A stretch of 60,748 bases of DNA from Spirulina sp. (GCA_044070495.1 JBIPSI010000031.1:1-60748), one strand, 5' to 3'. Counted from the first letter of the stretch, positions 29,315 through 40,248 are shown. Program-made: numbers and translations. The notes: a model not told the origin generated them from the sequence alone.

Positions 29315-32300
29315 TTAGAGGTATGGCTTGGCAAAAATCGAGCTGATCTCCTGGGGGAGCCGGGGTTGGCTGTAGAGGTAGCCCTGGGCTTCGTGGCAGC
29401 CCTTGCGAATTAAAAAGCTGGCCTGGGCCTCGGTTTCCACTCCTTCGGCAATGACCCGTAGGTTAAGGGCTTGGCCTAGGGCAATGACGGCCTCGGCAAT
29501 GGCCATGTCGTTGGTGTCTTGGGGAATGTCGCGGATGAAGGATCGATCAATTTTGAGCTTTTCGATGGGTAACTGCTTGAGGTAGCTGAGGGAGGAGTAG
29601 CCTGTCCCAAAGTCATCGATGGAAATTTGGATACCGAGGTCGCGCAGGGCTTTCAATTGTTCCACGCTATCGGTGGCCCCCTCCATAATGAAGCCCTCGG
29701 TTACCTCTAGCTCTAGGTAGGTGGGGGGCAGGCCGCTTTCCCCTAGGGCCGACTGCACCACCGCCAGCAGGCCATTGTGGCGAATTTGCGGCCCCGCAAT
29801 GTTGACGGCAATGCGGCCAAAGGCAACGCCCTGATCTAGCCATTCCCGACCCTGGCGGCAGGCACAGTGCAGCACCCACAGGCCAATGTCGCGGATTAGG
29901 CCCGTTTGTTCGGCCAGGGGAATGAACTGCACCGGAGACACCCGCCCCAGTTCAGGATGATCCCAGCGCAGCAGCACCTCTAGCCCCACCAGTTGCCGCG
30001 AGATCAAGTCCACCTGGGGCTGATAGACCAGGTGAAATTCCTGCCGATCCAGCGCCCCCCGCAGGGCATTTTCCAGCAGCATTTGCTCGAAGGTGATGGC
30101 CATCATTTCTTCGGTGTAGAACCGATAGGTATTGCGGCCCTCCTCCTTGGCCTGATACATGGCAGTGTCGGCGTTGCGCAGCAGAATAGACGGATCCTGC
30201 CCATCGGTGGGAAAGAGGCTAATCCCCATGCTGGCGGTGACGTAGATCTCCTGACCCTGGATCTGCACCGGCGACTTAAGGGCATCAAAAAGTTTGTGAA
30301 TCACCGGGGTCACGTTTTGGGTATGGCCGATGTCCTCCAGCAGCACCACAAATTCGTCGCCACTGAGGTGGGCCACGGTGTCGTTGGTGCGGATAGCCTC
30401 CCGAAACCGACGGGCCAGTTGGCGCAACAAATCGTCTCCGGCCCCGTGGCCCATGCTGTCGTTGATGTGCTTAAACCGATCTATATCGATAAAGAGCAAG
30501 GCTAATTGGGTGTTCTGGCGGGTGGCTAGGTTGAGGGCATGGTGCAGCCGATCATTAAACAACAGGCGATTGGGCAGGCCCGTTAGGGGGTTGTGGTGGG
30601 CCAAATAGTCGAGGCGCTCTTGGCTTTCCTTGGTGGCGGTAATGTCGGAAAACACGCCCACGTAGCCCGTGGGTTGGCCCTGGTCGTTGCGGACGGTGGT
30701 AATGGTCAGCAGACTGGGATACTGGTGGCCATCCTTGCGGCGGTTCAGTAATTCTCCGTGCCAGGTGCCCTGGGTAATCAAGGTTTGCCATAGTGCCTGG
30801 TAGAAGGCGCGATCATGGTGGCCCGACCGCAGCAGCCGAGGAGTTTGGCCTATGGCCTCGGTGCGGCTGTAGCCCGTGATGGTTTCAAAGGCGTGGTTTA
30901 CGTCTAAGATGTGGCCCCCCAGGTCGGTGATCATCACCCCCTCCAGGGTGCTCTCAAACACCGCCGCTGCTTGCTGAAGTCGCGCAGAGACCTGCACCTG
31001 GTCGGTCACATCCTGAATGGTGCCGAGGGTACGCAGGGGCTTGCCATCGCTGTCGTAGTAGGTTTCTCCCTGCCCTTGTACATGCCTCACCTGGCCCTGG
31101 GTCGTGAGAATGCGGTGAAGACAACCATAGCCCTCGCCCTCGGTGAGGGCTGCTTGGAAGGTTTGATGCACTCGATCTCGATCTTCAGGATGGACTCGGC
31201 TCAAAAAGTCCTCGTAGGTTTCCTCAAAGGCTGGACGATCCGCTTCTGAAATCCCAAAGATGCGAAACACCTGATCCGACCACCGTAGCTGTTGTTGGGT
31301 GTGGTCGAGTTCCCAACTGCCGATGTTGGCGACCCGCTGGGCTTCCCGCAGTCGGTGTTCGCTGGTGGCCAACTGCACTAAGGCCCGCCGCCGCTGCACC
31401 AGTCGCCAGATTTCGTTGGCCATCAACTGCAAGGTTTCCACATCGGTGTCTGTGTAATCCTCGGACTTGTTGCCTACCCCAGCCAGCATCACCACCTGGC
31501 CATTTTCCAGCACGGGCACCGTTACCAGTCGCTGCATGGGCGCGTGGCCAGCGGGTAGCCCTCGCTTGTGGGCATAGGCGGCATAGTCGTTAAACACCAC
31601 AGGCCGTTTCTGGTGCAGGGTATCGGCCCAAAGGCCCGCCTGGGCTATCGCCGGATAGTGGCTGTCATGGGTGGCGTGGCAGTCGTGGGCTAGGGTGCGG
31701 CGCGACCAGGCAACCCGTTCAACGGTCTCCTGGTCGGCGTTGATGAAGTGAATAAAGGAGATCTGGCTGGCGGTCAAGTCCTCCGCCATTTCCTGGCCAT
31801 GCTGCATAAACGCCGCTTCATCGAGGGTTTCGGCCAGGGTGGGCAGGGCTAGCAACACCTCAGCCCGCCGCACCTGAAGCGACAGTTGGGCCTCGGCCCG
31901 GTGGCGTTTGGTGAGGTCTAGAATGCTGACGGGCAAACGGGCGGCGGCGGCAACGCTGTGGGGTACCGGAAAGCTAATCAGCGCAAAGAGATCGTCCCCG
32001 GTACTGGTTTGGTAGACCACCTCGGCGGCAAAGGTAGATTTCCCCTCCCACATGGCCAGTACGCTATCCACAAAGGCGGCCATGGCTTGATCCGAAAATC
32101 GCCTCGCAAAGGACTCCAGGTAGGCTTCCTTGCTCTCCACCTGGAACAACCGTAGGGCGGCTGGATTCATTTCTAAAATACGGACTTCCCCCAGCCATTG
32201 CTGCACCCGTTGGGGATGCTGGGCCAGAAACTCGGTGAGATCGGTAACCCCCTGCTGTCGCAGATCCGCGAGGTCTTGGTACATCCAAGAGACATCCTCC

Positions 32301-33328
32301 AGCAGCAAAGCAACTTCCAGGTTTTCAAACATCGTCTGAAAATCGGTGGCCGCCGCCTGGGCCATCCGCCGACTGTGCGCCGCCTCGGCATCGGCCTGGA
32401 TGCGCTGGTCTACCGCCCCCTTGGCTTGCCAATAGGCCACCGTCAGACACAGGGCGGGTAGCCACACCAACACCACCAATCCCTGGAACGCCATCATCCT
32501 TTCCGGCGTGTCTAAGCTGGTTAAACCATCCCCCAGGGCAAGGCGAAGTAGGGCGGAAACCACCCAAACCAGCCCCACGGCACTCAGCCCCAGCAGGTTA
32601 AACCGCACTCCGGCCCACATCAGCAGCGGCAGCACGGTGTAGGGATGGGAGATCAGCAGTACCGATTGCAATGGCTCTGTGCTCAAGGGAACGGCCCCCG
32701 CCCCAAACTGCACCCAGGCCATCCCCAGGGTCAGGGCGAATAGGCCCCCAAGCTCTAGCCACCGCCGCCATCGACGAATCCACAACTGTTCCCCAGCCTG
32801 GTGGAGGGCCACCACCCCAGGGGCCACTACCAGCATCCCCAATCCCACAGCACTGGCCCACACGGGCAGCACCGACAGCCCAGCTCCCCTGCCCTGGCTA
32901 AGGGCTACCGCCACCGCCGCCGGAATCCCCGTGAGCCAAGGTAGCACCGCCACCGCCCCAAAGAAGATCACCGCCTGCCCAATGCGATGAAACCCCTGAG
33001 CACCACCACAGTAGCGGCGCATCCCCACCGCCACCACCATTGCCTCCAGGGCATTGACGGCAAAAAACACCAGCACCAGGGGCAGTGGTCGGCCTAGCCA
33101 CAGCACTTGCAGGGGCAGGGCAATCAGACCCGCCACCCCCAGCCGCCGCCCCCACTGCGCGGTTGGGGTAATGACCAAATTGCCCGCCAAAAAACCGCCC
33201 ACAATCCAGATCACAGCGGTTTGGCTGGTAATGTGGAGCAAACTGAGACTGAGCACAAGCAGCACTGCATAGCCCAGCCCAAAGCTCAGATCCTTAGTGG
33301 CTTGGCGGCTAGGAATACGCTCAACCAT
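29315..33328 (-). CDS. MASE1-PAS-GAF-PAS-PAS-GGDEF-EAL diguanylate cyclase/phosphodiesterase
   Basis: Multi-TM N-terminus; PAS (VHPEDR; NRRKDG); LTGLPNR, FKHINDSMGH..GD, RTND..SGDEF; YQPQ, EVLLRW, DDFGTGYSSL, AEGVE, QGY. Confidence 0.93.
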   Translation of the reverse strand: MVERIPSRQATKDLSFGLGYAVLLVLSLSLLHITSQTAVIWIVGGFLAGNLVITPTAQWGRRLGVAGLIALPLQVLWLGRPLPLVLVFFAVNALEAMVVAVGMRRYCGGAQGFHRIGQAVIFFGAVAVLPWLTGIPAAVAVALSQGRGAGLSVLPVWASAVGLGMLVVAPGVVALHQAGEQLWIRRWRRWLELGGLFALTLGMAWVQFGAGAVPLSTEPLQSVLLISHPYTVLPLLMWAGVRFNLLGLSAVGLVWVVSALLRLALGDGLTSLDTPERMMAFQGLVVLVWLPALCLTVAYWQAKGAVDQRIQADAEAAHSRRMAQAAATDFQTMFENLEVALLLEDVSWMYQDLADLRQQGVTDLTEFLAQHPQRVQQWLGEVRILEMNPAALRLFQVESKEAYLESFARRFSDQAMAAFVDSVLAMWEGKSTFAAEVVYQTSTGDDLFALISFPVPHSVAAAARLPVSILDLTKRHRAEAQLSLQVRRAEVLLALPTLAETLDEAAFMQHGQEMAEDLTASQISFIHFINADQETVERVAWSRRTLAHDCHATHDSHYPAIAQAGLWADTLHQKRPVVFNDYAAYAHKRGLPAGHAPMQRLVTVPVLENGQVVMLAGVGNKSEDYTDTDVETLQLMANEIWRLVQRRRALVQLATSEHRLREAQRVANIGSWELDHTQQQLRWSDQVFRIFGISEADRPAFEETYEDFLSRVHPEDRDRVHQTFQAALTEGEGYGCLHRILTTQGQVRHVQGQGETYYDSDGKPLRTLGTIQDVTDQVQVSARLQQAAAVFESTLEGVMITDLGGHILDVNHAFETITGYSRTEAIGQTPRLLRSGHHDRAFYQALWQTLITQGTWHGELLNRRKDGHQYPSLLTITTVRNDQGQPTGYVGVFSDITATKESQERLDYLAHHNPLTGLPNRLLFNDRLHHALNLATRQNTQLALLFIDIDRFKHINDSMGHGAGDDLLRQLARRFREAIRTNDTVAHLSGDEFVVLLEDIGHTQNVTPVIHKLFDALKSPVQIQGQEIYVTASMGISLFPTDGQDPSILLRNADTAMYQAKEEGRNTYRFYTEEMMAITFEQMLLENALRGALDRQEFHLVYQPQVDLISRQLVGLEVLLRWDHPELGRVSPVQFIPLAEQTGLIRDIGLWVLHCACRQGREWLDQGVAFGRIAVNIAGPQIRHNGLLAVVQSALGESGLPPTYLELEVTEGFIMEGATDSVEQLKALRDLGIQISIDDFGTGYSSLSYLKQLPIEKLKIDRSFIRDIPQDTNDMAIAEAVIALGQALNLRVIAEGVETEAQASFLIRKGCHEAQGYLYSQPRLPQEISSIFAKPYL

Positions 33329-33539
33329 AGATTCCTAATCTCTGATGCACCGATAACCACTCGGCTTATGTTCGGTGGAACAGGCCCGATCCATAACCGG
33401 AGGGATAGCACTCGGTTGTTTATCGCCGTTTTTACCCATCCATTTTAGGGCCAAGGCCCACAGAACCCAGGATTTGGTAACGTTCCCTTAGCCTTTGATT
33501 CCAGAACACGGAGCCACCCCCAACCCTAACCATCAGAGA

Positions 33540-33581
33540 GTGAATTCCCTGGCTTGGCGCACAAGTCTGCTTCAGCAGACT
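33540..33581. repeat. Cyanobacterial short dispersed palindromic repeat
   Basis: AGTCTGCT-TC-AGCAGACT hairpin (33564-33581) preceded by GTGAATTCCCTGGCT. Confidence 0.5.
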
Positions 33582-34404
33582 GAAGACAGCTTTGAGGATA
33601 GATCCCCCACCCGATCTCCCAATCTCCCAATCTCCCCCATCCTCTTTAGAGGATTTCCGCTCCAAGCTGCGGACCTTTAGTCCACGGCTCCCCAACCCAC
33701 CGGGAAACCCCCTCTGGCTCCCCAATCACCACCTGAGGCTGTTCATCGAAACCTCTTCATCTTGGTTAAATTCGTCACAAAAGGTTTATGAAGTCTCGAA
33801 CAAATACGCAACCCAGTCGATAAAGTTCTCACTAAGATGGAACTTAGGAGTATAAGTGAACGACGTTGTTTCGCCGTAGTCTTGGCCAAAGGCTGGGGAT
33901 GTTAGAGGTATAAAGCACTACTGCTTAAGAAGCTGTAACATCTGGGCTGAGGTCAATGCAATACCTTCCAAGATGGCGTTTTCGGCCCATAAAAACTTGG
34001 AGGCAGGGTGAACAAGCACAACCTGTGATCGCTCAGTTACAATGTCTGGGTATTTTGGGAATAGGCTTTGGCCATTCCTAGGTAATTCCCTCAAAGCAGT
34101 ACCCCTCTAGGCCGTTTTTCTTGTTGGGACGATCCTCAATGGGGGTTTTCCAAACAGAAAATCTGGAATGAGGCCACTGGAAGAGGGAGATTACTAAGGG
34201 GGCTGCATCGCCCCTGGAGCACACGCCAGTCCGAAGCGCAGGTTAAACAAGGTTAAGCCGTTATCGTGGCCGACTAGGCCGTGGCCCAAGGGTGCGGGCC
34301 ATGGAGTTGGGCTGATGGCTTAGGGTTCGATAGGTTCTCTGTAGGGTCTCGACATCCAGCCGAGTATCTGGTTTTGTTGTTTGGCGAATTCGGTCTTTAG
34401 AAAC

Positions 34405-37400
34405 ATGCATCTTCACCAGCTTCAGAAAATTTGGCGGTTCCCGAAAACTGTCCTCAAACGATTGGTTAGCGATCTGATGCGGTTGGTGCTGCTGAGCAAT
34501 CGGCCCAAGCGCATGGCCCAGGCTGGGTTCGTGTTGCCCACCACCGTTCTGCTAGCCCTGATGGTGGTGCTCACCGCCACCGCCCTCACCTACCGCACCT
34601 TCACCCGCAGCGAGCAAGCCATTGTGCAGCGCGAACAGCAGGTGATTGCCAACGCCGCCACCCCCGCCGTGGATCGGGCCAAGGCTAAAATTGAATTCCT
34701 CTTCCGCGAAGACCCCAACTTCCCCAGCGGCGTCCCCGCCAGTGACATCCTCTACGACATGATGTCTACCCGCCTAGAAGCGGGCAAAGAGTTTAGGGGC
34801 TACACGGGCCGCGTTCCCCTGCTGGTGGGGGGCGACAAAGAGGCTCGTCGGGGCATTACCGCTGGCGTTGATCCCTACACCCTGGCCGACGAAACCCGCC
34901 TCGATATCAACAACGACGGCATTCTAGACAACGCCTGGAGCTTCCCCTCCAACGGCCAAACCATTGTCTATTCCATCCTGGTAGACGATGCGGTGGATAT
35001 CACCGAAAAAGCGACCCCCCCTGCTGGCCAACTGAAGCGCCCCTACGTGTCTGGAAGCCTGAGCCTACAAAACGAAGCCAACCAAGCTAAGGCCGATTCT
35101 TTGGTTACCCGCACCGGCCCTCTGGCCACCACCGAAGCGTCTCCCCTCTGTAAGGGGGCTGTGGCCGAGGCAGGCTGGCAGGTGGTGTCCCAGGGCAACG
35201 CCTCCAGTCTGCAAAAGAACTTCCAGATCAACGCCTTTGTGGCCAATGCCGATGGTGGCCCCGGTCAAACCTTTGAAACCCTAGAATTTCAGCAATCCCG
35301 GCAGGCCGCCCGCGCCAGTAAGTGGGGGGCTTGGTTCCGCTACGACCTAGAAATTTTCCCTGGGCCTGCTTTCAACTGGAACGGGGCCATGCACACCGAT
35401 GGCAACCTGCTCGTCCATTCAGACAGTGTGCAACTGCACATGGTGAGTTCCCATAACTCCTGTGTGTATGGCCAAGAGTCTTCGGAAATTAGCCTGAGTG
35501 AATTTGAAGACACCGGATTCCAAGGGCAAATCATTCAAGGTACAACCAAGAACGACAAATACGAAAACACAAAACCCTCAATCCACGTATACAACGGCGC
35601 CAACAAGCAGCCCGTCACCAACCTCGACCTCACCAGTGCCAACCACTCCGTTGAAAAGGGTAAGCCCTCGGATATTGCCGTGAATGCCATGGCTCTGTTT
35701 ACCCAGGATCGTGTTCAGCACATGAACGACCCCTCTGTAGGACGCTGGAAGCGGCGAGCGGGTTGGGATACCGCTGCCAACAAGTTTGGCGTGCAAAGCG
35801 GTGGTGCCCGAGTCGTGAACGACGTGGCCACCCGCCCCTTTGTGGACGATTTCTACCGCGCCGACAACCGCTGGGGGCCAAAACCCCGCTACGACGCCAA
35901 CACCCCCCAATATGACGTTGCCGCCGTGTCTGGGCGCACCATTGGTGATCCCGTGGTTGGCCTCGGCGGTGTAACCGACGAAGAACAGGGCCTAGATGGC
36001 TATTGGGAACGCCAAGCCATTAAGAGCGGCCTGCGCCTGATTGTGGGCCAGCGCCTAGAACTGGGCAACAACGACGCCTGGAACAAAGACCCCCTCGTGA
36101 CCACCACCCCCAACCCCCCAACCCCCGACATCACGGGCACCACCGGTAAAAACGCCCTCTACCCCTCTACGGGCAAACCCAGCGGCGTTAACGCCCGCTT
36201 TGGCGGCAACCACGAATATCTGCAACGCCGATCTTTGCAAGATAACCTAGCCGCCGTGCAGGGCATGGTGGTGTACCACTACCAAGGGGCCGACCCCGTC
36301 AACACCACCACCACCAGCGGCGAATTTCCCGCCGCCTGTGTGGCCATGACGGCCCACCCCGGCACAAAGCAAAGCATCGTTAACAGCCGCACCTTTGCCC
36401 GCTACAACAATGACCAAAAGAAAGTTCGGGTAGACTTCCTCAACGGCCAAGGCACCAACGGCTGGGAATTCACTTACCCCATCGCCTTCAACACCGAAGG
36501 GAGATTTGCTTTCCAACTGCGGGCCGACAAACCCCTTGGCATTGCCCTGCGCAACCTGGCCAACTTTGCTGGAGATCCGGGCGGTGGTGCGCCTTCCTTC
36601 AAGGCGTTCCAAGACAACGCCATCCACCCCTTCCCCTACCACAGCATGTGGGGAGACTTTTCGCCCCTGCGGCGGGTGCTGATGCAGATTGACACCCCCA
36701 GCGCCCCCACCACCGACCAGGTCGCTATCGAACGCTACACCGCCCTCAGCTTTGCCGACAAAGCCACCCTGCACAGTGCCGCCTGCACCCTCAGCATGTT
36801 GGCCTACAACATCGATCAGACCACGGCGGAATATGAGGCGATGCTAACGAACTATGAAGGGGCTAAGAAGCTTCAAAGCGTGACCACTGGCGGTAGCCGA
36901 GCCATTAGCAGAATCACCGATTACCTGGTGACTCGGCAAGATCCCAAAGACAAGAAAAACTACAACAAATATACGGGTAACACGGGGGCAGACAAGCAAG
37001 TTCAGGATGCCCTAGCAGCCCTGCCTTCTGGGAGCCGCAACAAACTATGGGTAGACCCCAACCCCAACACCGCCGTAGTTAACCCGGAGACTAGTGCCAC
37101 CGTTTGTGCCGCCGCCGATGACGGGCCTAACTTTGAACCCGCCTGCGACTCCTACGAGTTTTTCAACTCCCTAACCTTTGACGACTGGTTATCACTGATT
37201 CGCGTGTTTGCGTCTAGCCTAAAAGAACCTGACGACATCGACGCTCTTCTGGCTGTTCGTCAAGATCTAGTTCGCGTTAACTCACTGTTGAGAGATCGCG
37301 ATCTCGGTTTCCGCGATGAACCTAGCGATGAGCAACTCGACGTAACTCCTAGCGGCAACAACGTTTTCTGGAACTCCAATAATGGACTCACTGGCTTTGT

Positions 37401-39468
37401 AAAAACCAATGGAACATCTAGTAAGGATGGCTATGTCTATGGGGCATCCTGTAACCCCAACATCTTCTCCCAGGTGGCTGCAGGGGGTGGCGGTGGTACA
37501 GATAATGTGTTGCTGGGAGCAATGATTGCCTGTGTCAATCTTGAAGAGGAAACCATGCCCGTGCGCTATCCCAGCCTGTTCTACCTCTTCCCCTTGGTGG
37601 ATCATGGCATTGCAGGCAACGTCGGCACCGACAACGAGCAGCCCCGTGTGGTCTCTGGTGCTAGGGCCACAAAGCCCGACGGTACCACCGTCATTCCGGG
37701 CGATCCAGAGTATGTCACGCAAACCAGTGCATACATCACCAGCAACTATTCCACCTACGGCGCAACCGCTCCCACCTTCAAGGTGGTGCAAGATTCGGCA
37801 ACCCCAGATCCTCGGAATGGCCTAAATCTGATTGCCGCCTCTCCAAAACTGGATACCGACCTCACCAAGTGGACGCTGCCGGTGAAGGCGCTGACTGGGG
37901 CCACCGCCCTAGCCACCACAAACGTGAACGATCTGAATAAAGCCTTCCAGATCGACTATATCGATAGCGTTGGCACTAAGAAATCTCTGCGGGTGCCGTT
38001 CTTAGACAAAGGCATCTTTGATGGCCGCGAACAGCTCAACTTACGGGTGCTGGATATCGATCTGGAACTGCTGACCACCGAAAAGGTGAAAACTGGAACT
38101 GAACCAGACTTCTGGCTCACCTCCAACCGCGAAAAACAGGCCGAGGGCGTCGTCTTTGCCTTCCGGGAAGATGCCGTGCGGGAGGACGAAATTGTCCGGC
38201 CCAAGAACGCCTCCGCTAGCGACTGTACCGGGCTGACAGCGGGCATCACCTACGGTCTGAAGATCGAAACCGTGGATGTCTGCCAAATGCGGGTCACCTC
38301 CGGCACCGTGGGCCAAGACCCACCCCTCACCGCCCAGGGCATTAGCATCAAACCCGTAGACTTCATCCCCGACCCAGAACGGCGGTCCTACGGTTTCCGG
38401 CTACGCACCTTTAGCGGTGCCCCTGCCGACTTTAGCGGCACCAGCTTTGCCCGCGACATGGGTATGACCTTCGTAACCGACAACTCCGTTTATATCCAAG
38501 GAGACTTGAACCCCCACAGCGAAGACGGCACCACAAGTAAAATTCTGGAGGAATTTACCCAAACCCTCTGGAATGGCAACGTAAACTTTGGCAACGATTT
38601 CTACAACAAACGCACCACCCTGAATACCGCCAAATTCACGGTGCTTGATAAAGACCACTGGCGTCCGGTCGAGTTGCTCTCCGATGCCATCACCATCCTG
38701 TCTAACAACTTTAAGGATGGGGCGGTAGAGGATGGCATTCTAGCCAATCGGCCTAACTCAGAGGGTGCCGCTACCTCCTCCTACATGAACCAAAATCGGC
38801 CTACCAGCCCTTCCACTAACCTGGTGCGCAGCCAGCTAGAAACCGGGACGGCGGCCAACACAGCCCCCACCAACGGCTCTCCGCCCTACGTGGATCGCAA
38901 TGGCACCTACCACATCACCGCCACCACCCCCTTCTACAACGAGTACAACACCAATGCGAAGTGGACAAACTTCGACACCAATGAAGGGGAACGGCGGCGC
39001 AACCTGCAAACCGCTGACGAAACCTTTGTGAATGCCACCTTTGTTGGCGGCATTGTGCCCAAGCGGGCCAAGCAAAGCTACGGCGGCTTGCACAACTACC
39101 CCCGCTTTATTGAGACCTGGAATGGTAAGAACCTGTTTATCTCCGGTTCCTTCATCCAGCTCAACTTCTCCACTGGCTCCACCGGCCCCTTCGAGCAAGA
39201 TGCCTGGGAAGCCGATGAAGCGCCCCAAAACGCAGAACCCATCGGCTACTACAGCCCGCCCAACCGGCGCTGGGGTTACGATGTGGGCTTGCTCTATCTG
39301 CCGCCTGCCCCTGCCGCCCGCCGCTTTGTTACCATTGGTTCTCCCCGCAGCGAGTACTACCGGGAACTTCCCGCCGATGACCCCTACGTCGTCAACCTGC
39401 GCTGCGCCAAGGATAAGGACGGCAACCTGATCCTAAATGGCCTCTGTCCCGACCCCAATAAGGCCTAG
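34405..39468 (+). CDS. hpsA: Hormogonium polysaccharide protein HpsA-like giant prepilin-type protein
   Basis: AG|FVLPTT prepilin-like N-terminus; PAVDRAKAKIEFLF, DGYWER.A...GLRLIVGQRLELG, YGGLHNYPRFIE.W, YSPPNRRWGYDVGL; followed by three pilins; start uncertain. Confidence 0.9.
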   Translation: MHLHQLQKIWRFPKTVLKRLVSDLMRLVLLSNRPKRMAQAGFVLPTTVLLALMVVLTATALTYRTFTRSEQAIVQREQQVIANAATPAVDRAKAKIEFLFREDPNFPSGVPASDILYDMMSTRLEAGKEFRGYTGRVPLLVGGDKEARRGITAGVDPYTLADETRLDINNDGILDNAWSFPSNGQTIVYSILVDDAVDITEKATPPAGQLKRPYVSGSLSLQNEANQAKADSLVTRTGPLATTEASPLCKGAVAEAGWQVVSQGNASSLQKNFQINAFVANADGGPGQTFETLEFQQSRQAARASKWGAWFRYDLEIFPGPAFNWNGAMHTDGNLLVHSDSVQLHMVSSHNSCVYGQESSEISLSEFEDTGFQGQIIQGTTKNDKYENTKPSIHVYNGANKQPVTNLDLTSANHSVEKGKPSDIAVNAMALFTQDRVQHMNDPSVGRWKRRAGWDTAANKFGVQSGGARVVNDVATRPFVDDFYRADNRWGPKPRYDANTPQYDVAAVSGRTIGDPVVGLGGVTDEEQGLDGYWERQAIKSGLRLIVGQRLELGNNDAWNKDPLVTTTPNPPTPDITGTTGKNALYPSTGKPSGVNARFGGNHEYLQRRSLQDNLAAVQGMVVYHYQGADPVNTTTTSGEFPAACVAMTAHPGTKQSIVNSRTFARYNNDQKKVRVDFLNGQGTNGWEFTYPIAFNTEGRFAFQLRADKPLGIALRNLANFAGDPGGGAPSFKAFQDNAIHPFPYHSMWGDFSPLRRVLMQIDTPSAPTTDQVAIERYTALSFADKATLHSAACTLSMLAYNIDQTTAEYEAMLTNYEGAKKLQSVTTGGSRAISRITDYLVTRQDPKDKKNYNKYTGNTGADKQVQDALAALPSGSRNKLWVDPNPNTAVVNPETSATVCAAADDGPNFEPACDSYEFFNSLTFDDWLSLIRVFASSLKEPDDIDALLAVRQDLVRVNSLLRDRDLGFRDEPSDEQLDVTPSGNNVFWNSNNGLTGFVKTNGTSSKDGYVYGASCNPNIFSQVAAGGGGGTDNVLLGAMIACVNLEEETMPVRYPSLFYLFPLVDHGIAGNVGTDNEQPRVVSGARATKPDGTTVIPGDPEYVTQTSAYITSNYSTYGATAPTFKVVQDSATPDPRNGLNLIAASPKLDTDLTKWTLPVKALTGATALATTNVNDLNKAFQIDYIDSVGTKKSLRVPFLDKGIFDGREQLNLRVLDIDLELLTTEKVKTGTEPDFWLTSNREKQAEGVVFAFREDAVREDEIVRPKNASASDCTGLTAGITYGLKIETVDVCQMRVTSGTVGQDPPLTAQGISIKPVDFIPDPERRSYGFRLRTFSGAPADFSGTSFARDMGMTFVTDNSVYIQGDLNPHSEDGTTSKILEEFTQTLWNGNVNFGNDFYNKRTTLNTAKFTVLDKDHWRPVELLSDAITILSNNFKDGAVEDGILANRPNSEGAATSSYMNQNRPTSPSTNLVRSQLETGTAANTAPTNGSPPYVDRNGTYHITATTPFYNEYNTNAKWTNFDTNEGERRRNLQTADETFVNATFVGGIVPKRAKQSYGGLHNYPRFIETWNGKNLFISGSFIQLNFSTGSTGPFEQDAWEADEAPQNAEPIGYYSPPNRRWGYDVGLLYLPPAPAARRFVTIGSPRSEYYRELPADDPYVVNLRCAKDKDGNLILNGLCPDPNKA

Positions 39469-39522
39469 GCCATCAGCCGTCCTGCATCTACCCACACCCG
39501 GCCCCAAGGAGGATCTTGGCCC

Positions 39523-40248
39523 ATGAAACCCACTCCCCCCCCCCGCCTAGGGCAACGGCCCTCCTTGGCCCAGGCGCTTAGCCAAGCCAACAACCAAGGG
39601 CTAACCCTGATTGAATGCCTCGTGGCCATCATCATGGTGGCCCTGGTGGCCAGTGCCATCACCCCCGCCCTGATCCTCTCCGTGGCCACACGGGTGCAAA
39701 GCCAAAAGGCCGAACAGGCCATGGCCCTAGGGCAGTCCGAAATTGACCGGGTGCGGCAACTGGTGGAACAGGGGGCGTTGGCCCAGGTGGACGCCCAGGT
39801 GCCCCAAGCCCCCAACAGCGTGCTAGATAGTGCCCCAGAAACCCAGGTGGGGGCTGCTGTGGGTACGACCAATATCAAAGCCACGCCCACCAGCCCAACC
39901 CATACCCGCGCTATCGATGTGAATGGCGACGGTGTCATAGATTTTGCGGTGCAGATTTACCGCACCCGTGGCATCACCGACGCCGCCGGGGAGCCAGTCG
40001 CCTTTGCCCTGGGCGTCCGGGTCTACGACTACGATGCCGTGGCCAGCGGCACTAGTGGTAACCTCTCTACCGAGCCTCTCTCCCTTGGCATCACAGGTGG
40101 CACAGGCAAGCGGTCAGAACGGCCCATCGCTGCCTTCTACACCACCATTGCCGCCGCCGAACGGGGAAACTCCCTTTGCGACCTGATTCGCTATTCCCAG
40201 TCCACGACGGGCGTTGTGTCCTCTTCTCCCCTGGGCTGCGGCCCCTAG
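39523..40248 (+). CDS. hpsB: Type IV minor pilin (HpsB/PilV-like)
   Basis: G|LTLIECLVAII; ATRVQS..AEQA..L.Q.EIDRVR; AGGAGG RBS. Confidence 0.85.
   Translation: MKPTPPPRLGQRPSLAQALSQANNQGLTLIECLVAIIMVALVASAITPALILSVATRVQSQKAEQAMALGQSEIDRVRQLVEQGALAQVDAQVPQAPNSVLDSAPETQVGAAVGTTNIKATPTSPTHTRAIDVNGDGVIDFAVQIYRTRGITDAAGEPVAFALGVRVYDYDAVASGTSGNLSTEPLSLGITGGTGKRSERPIAAFYTTIAAAERGNSLCDLIRYSQSTTGVVSSSPLGCGP

Noticed and set aside
33329..34404. c-di-GMP-I or c-di-GMP-II riboswitch upstream of hpsA
   Set aside because: Could not find the GGCAAA...GGGACGCAAAG-type consensus on either strand
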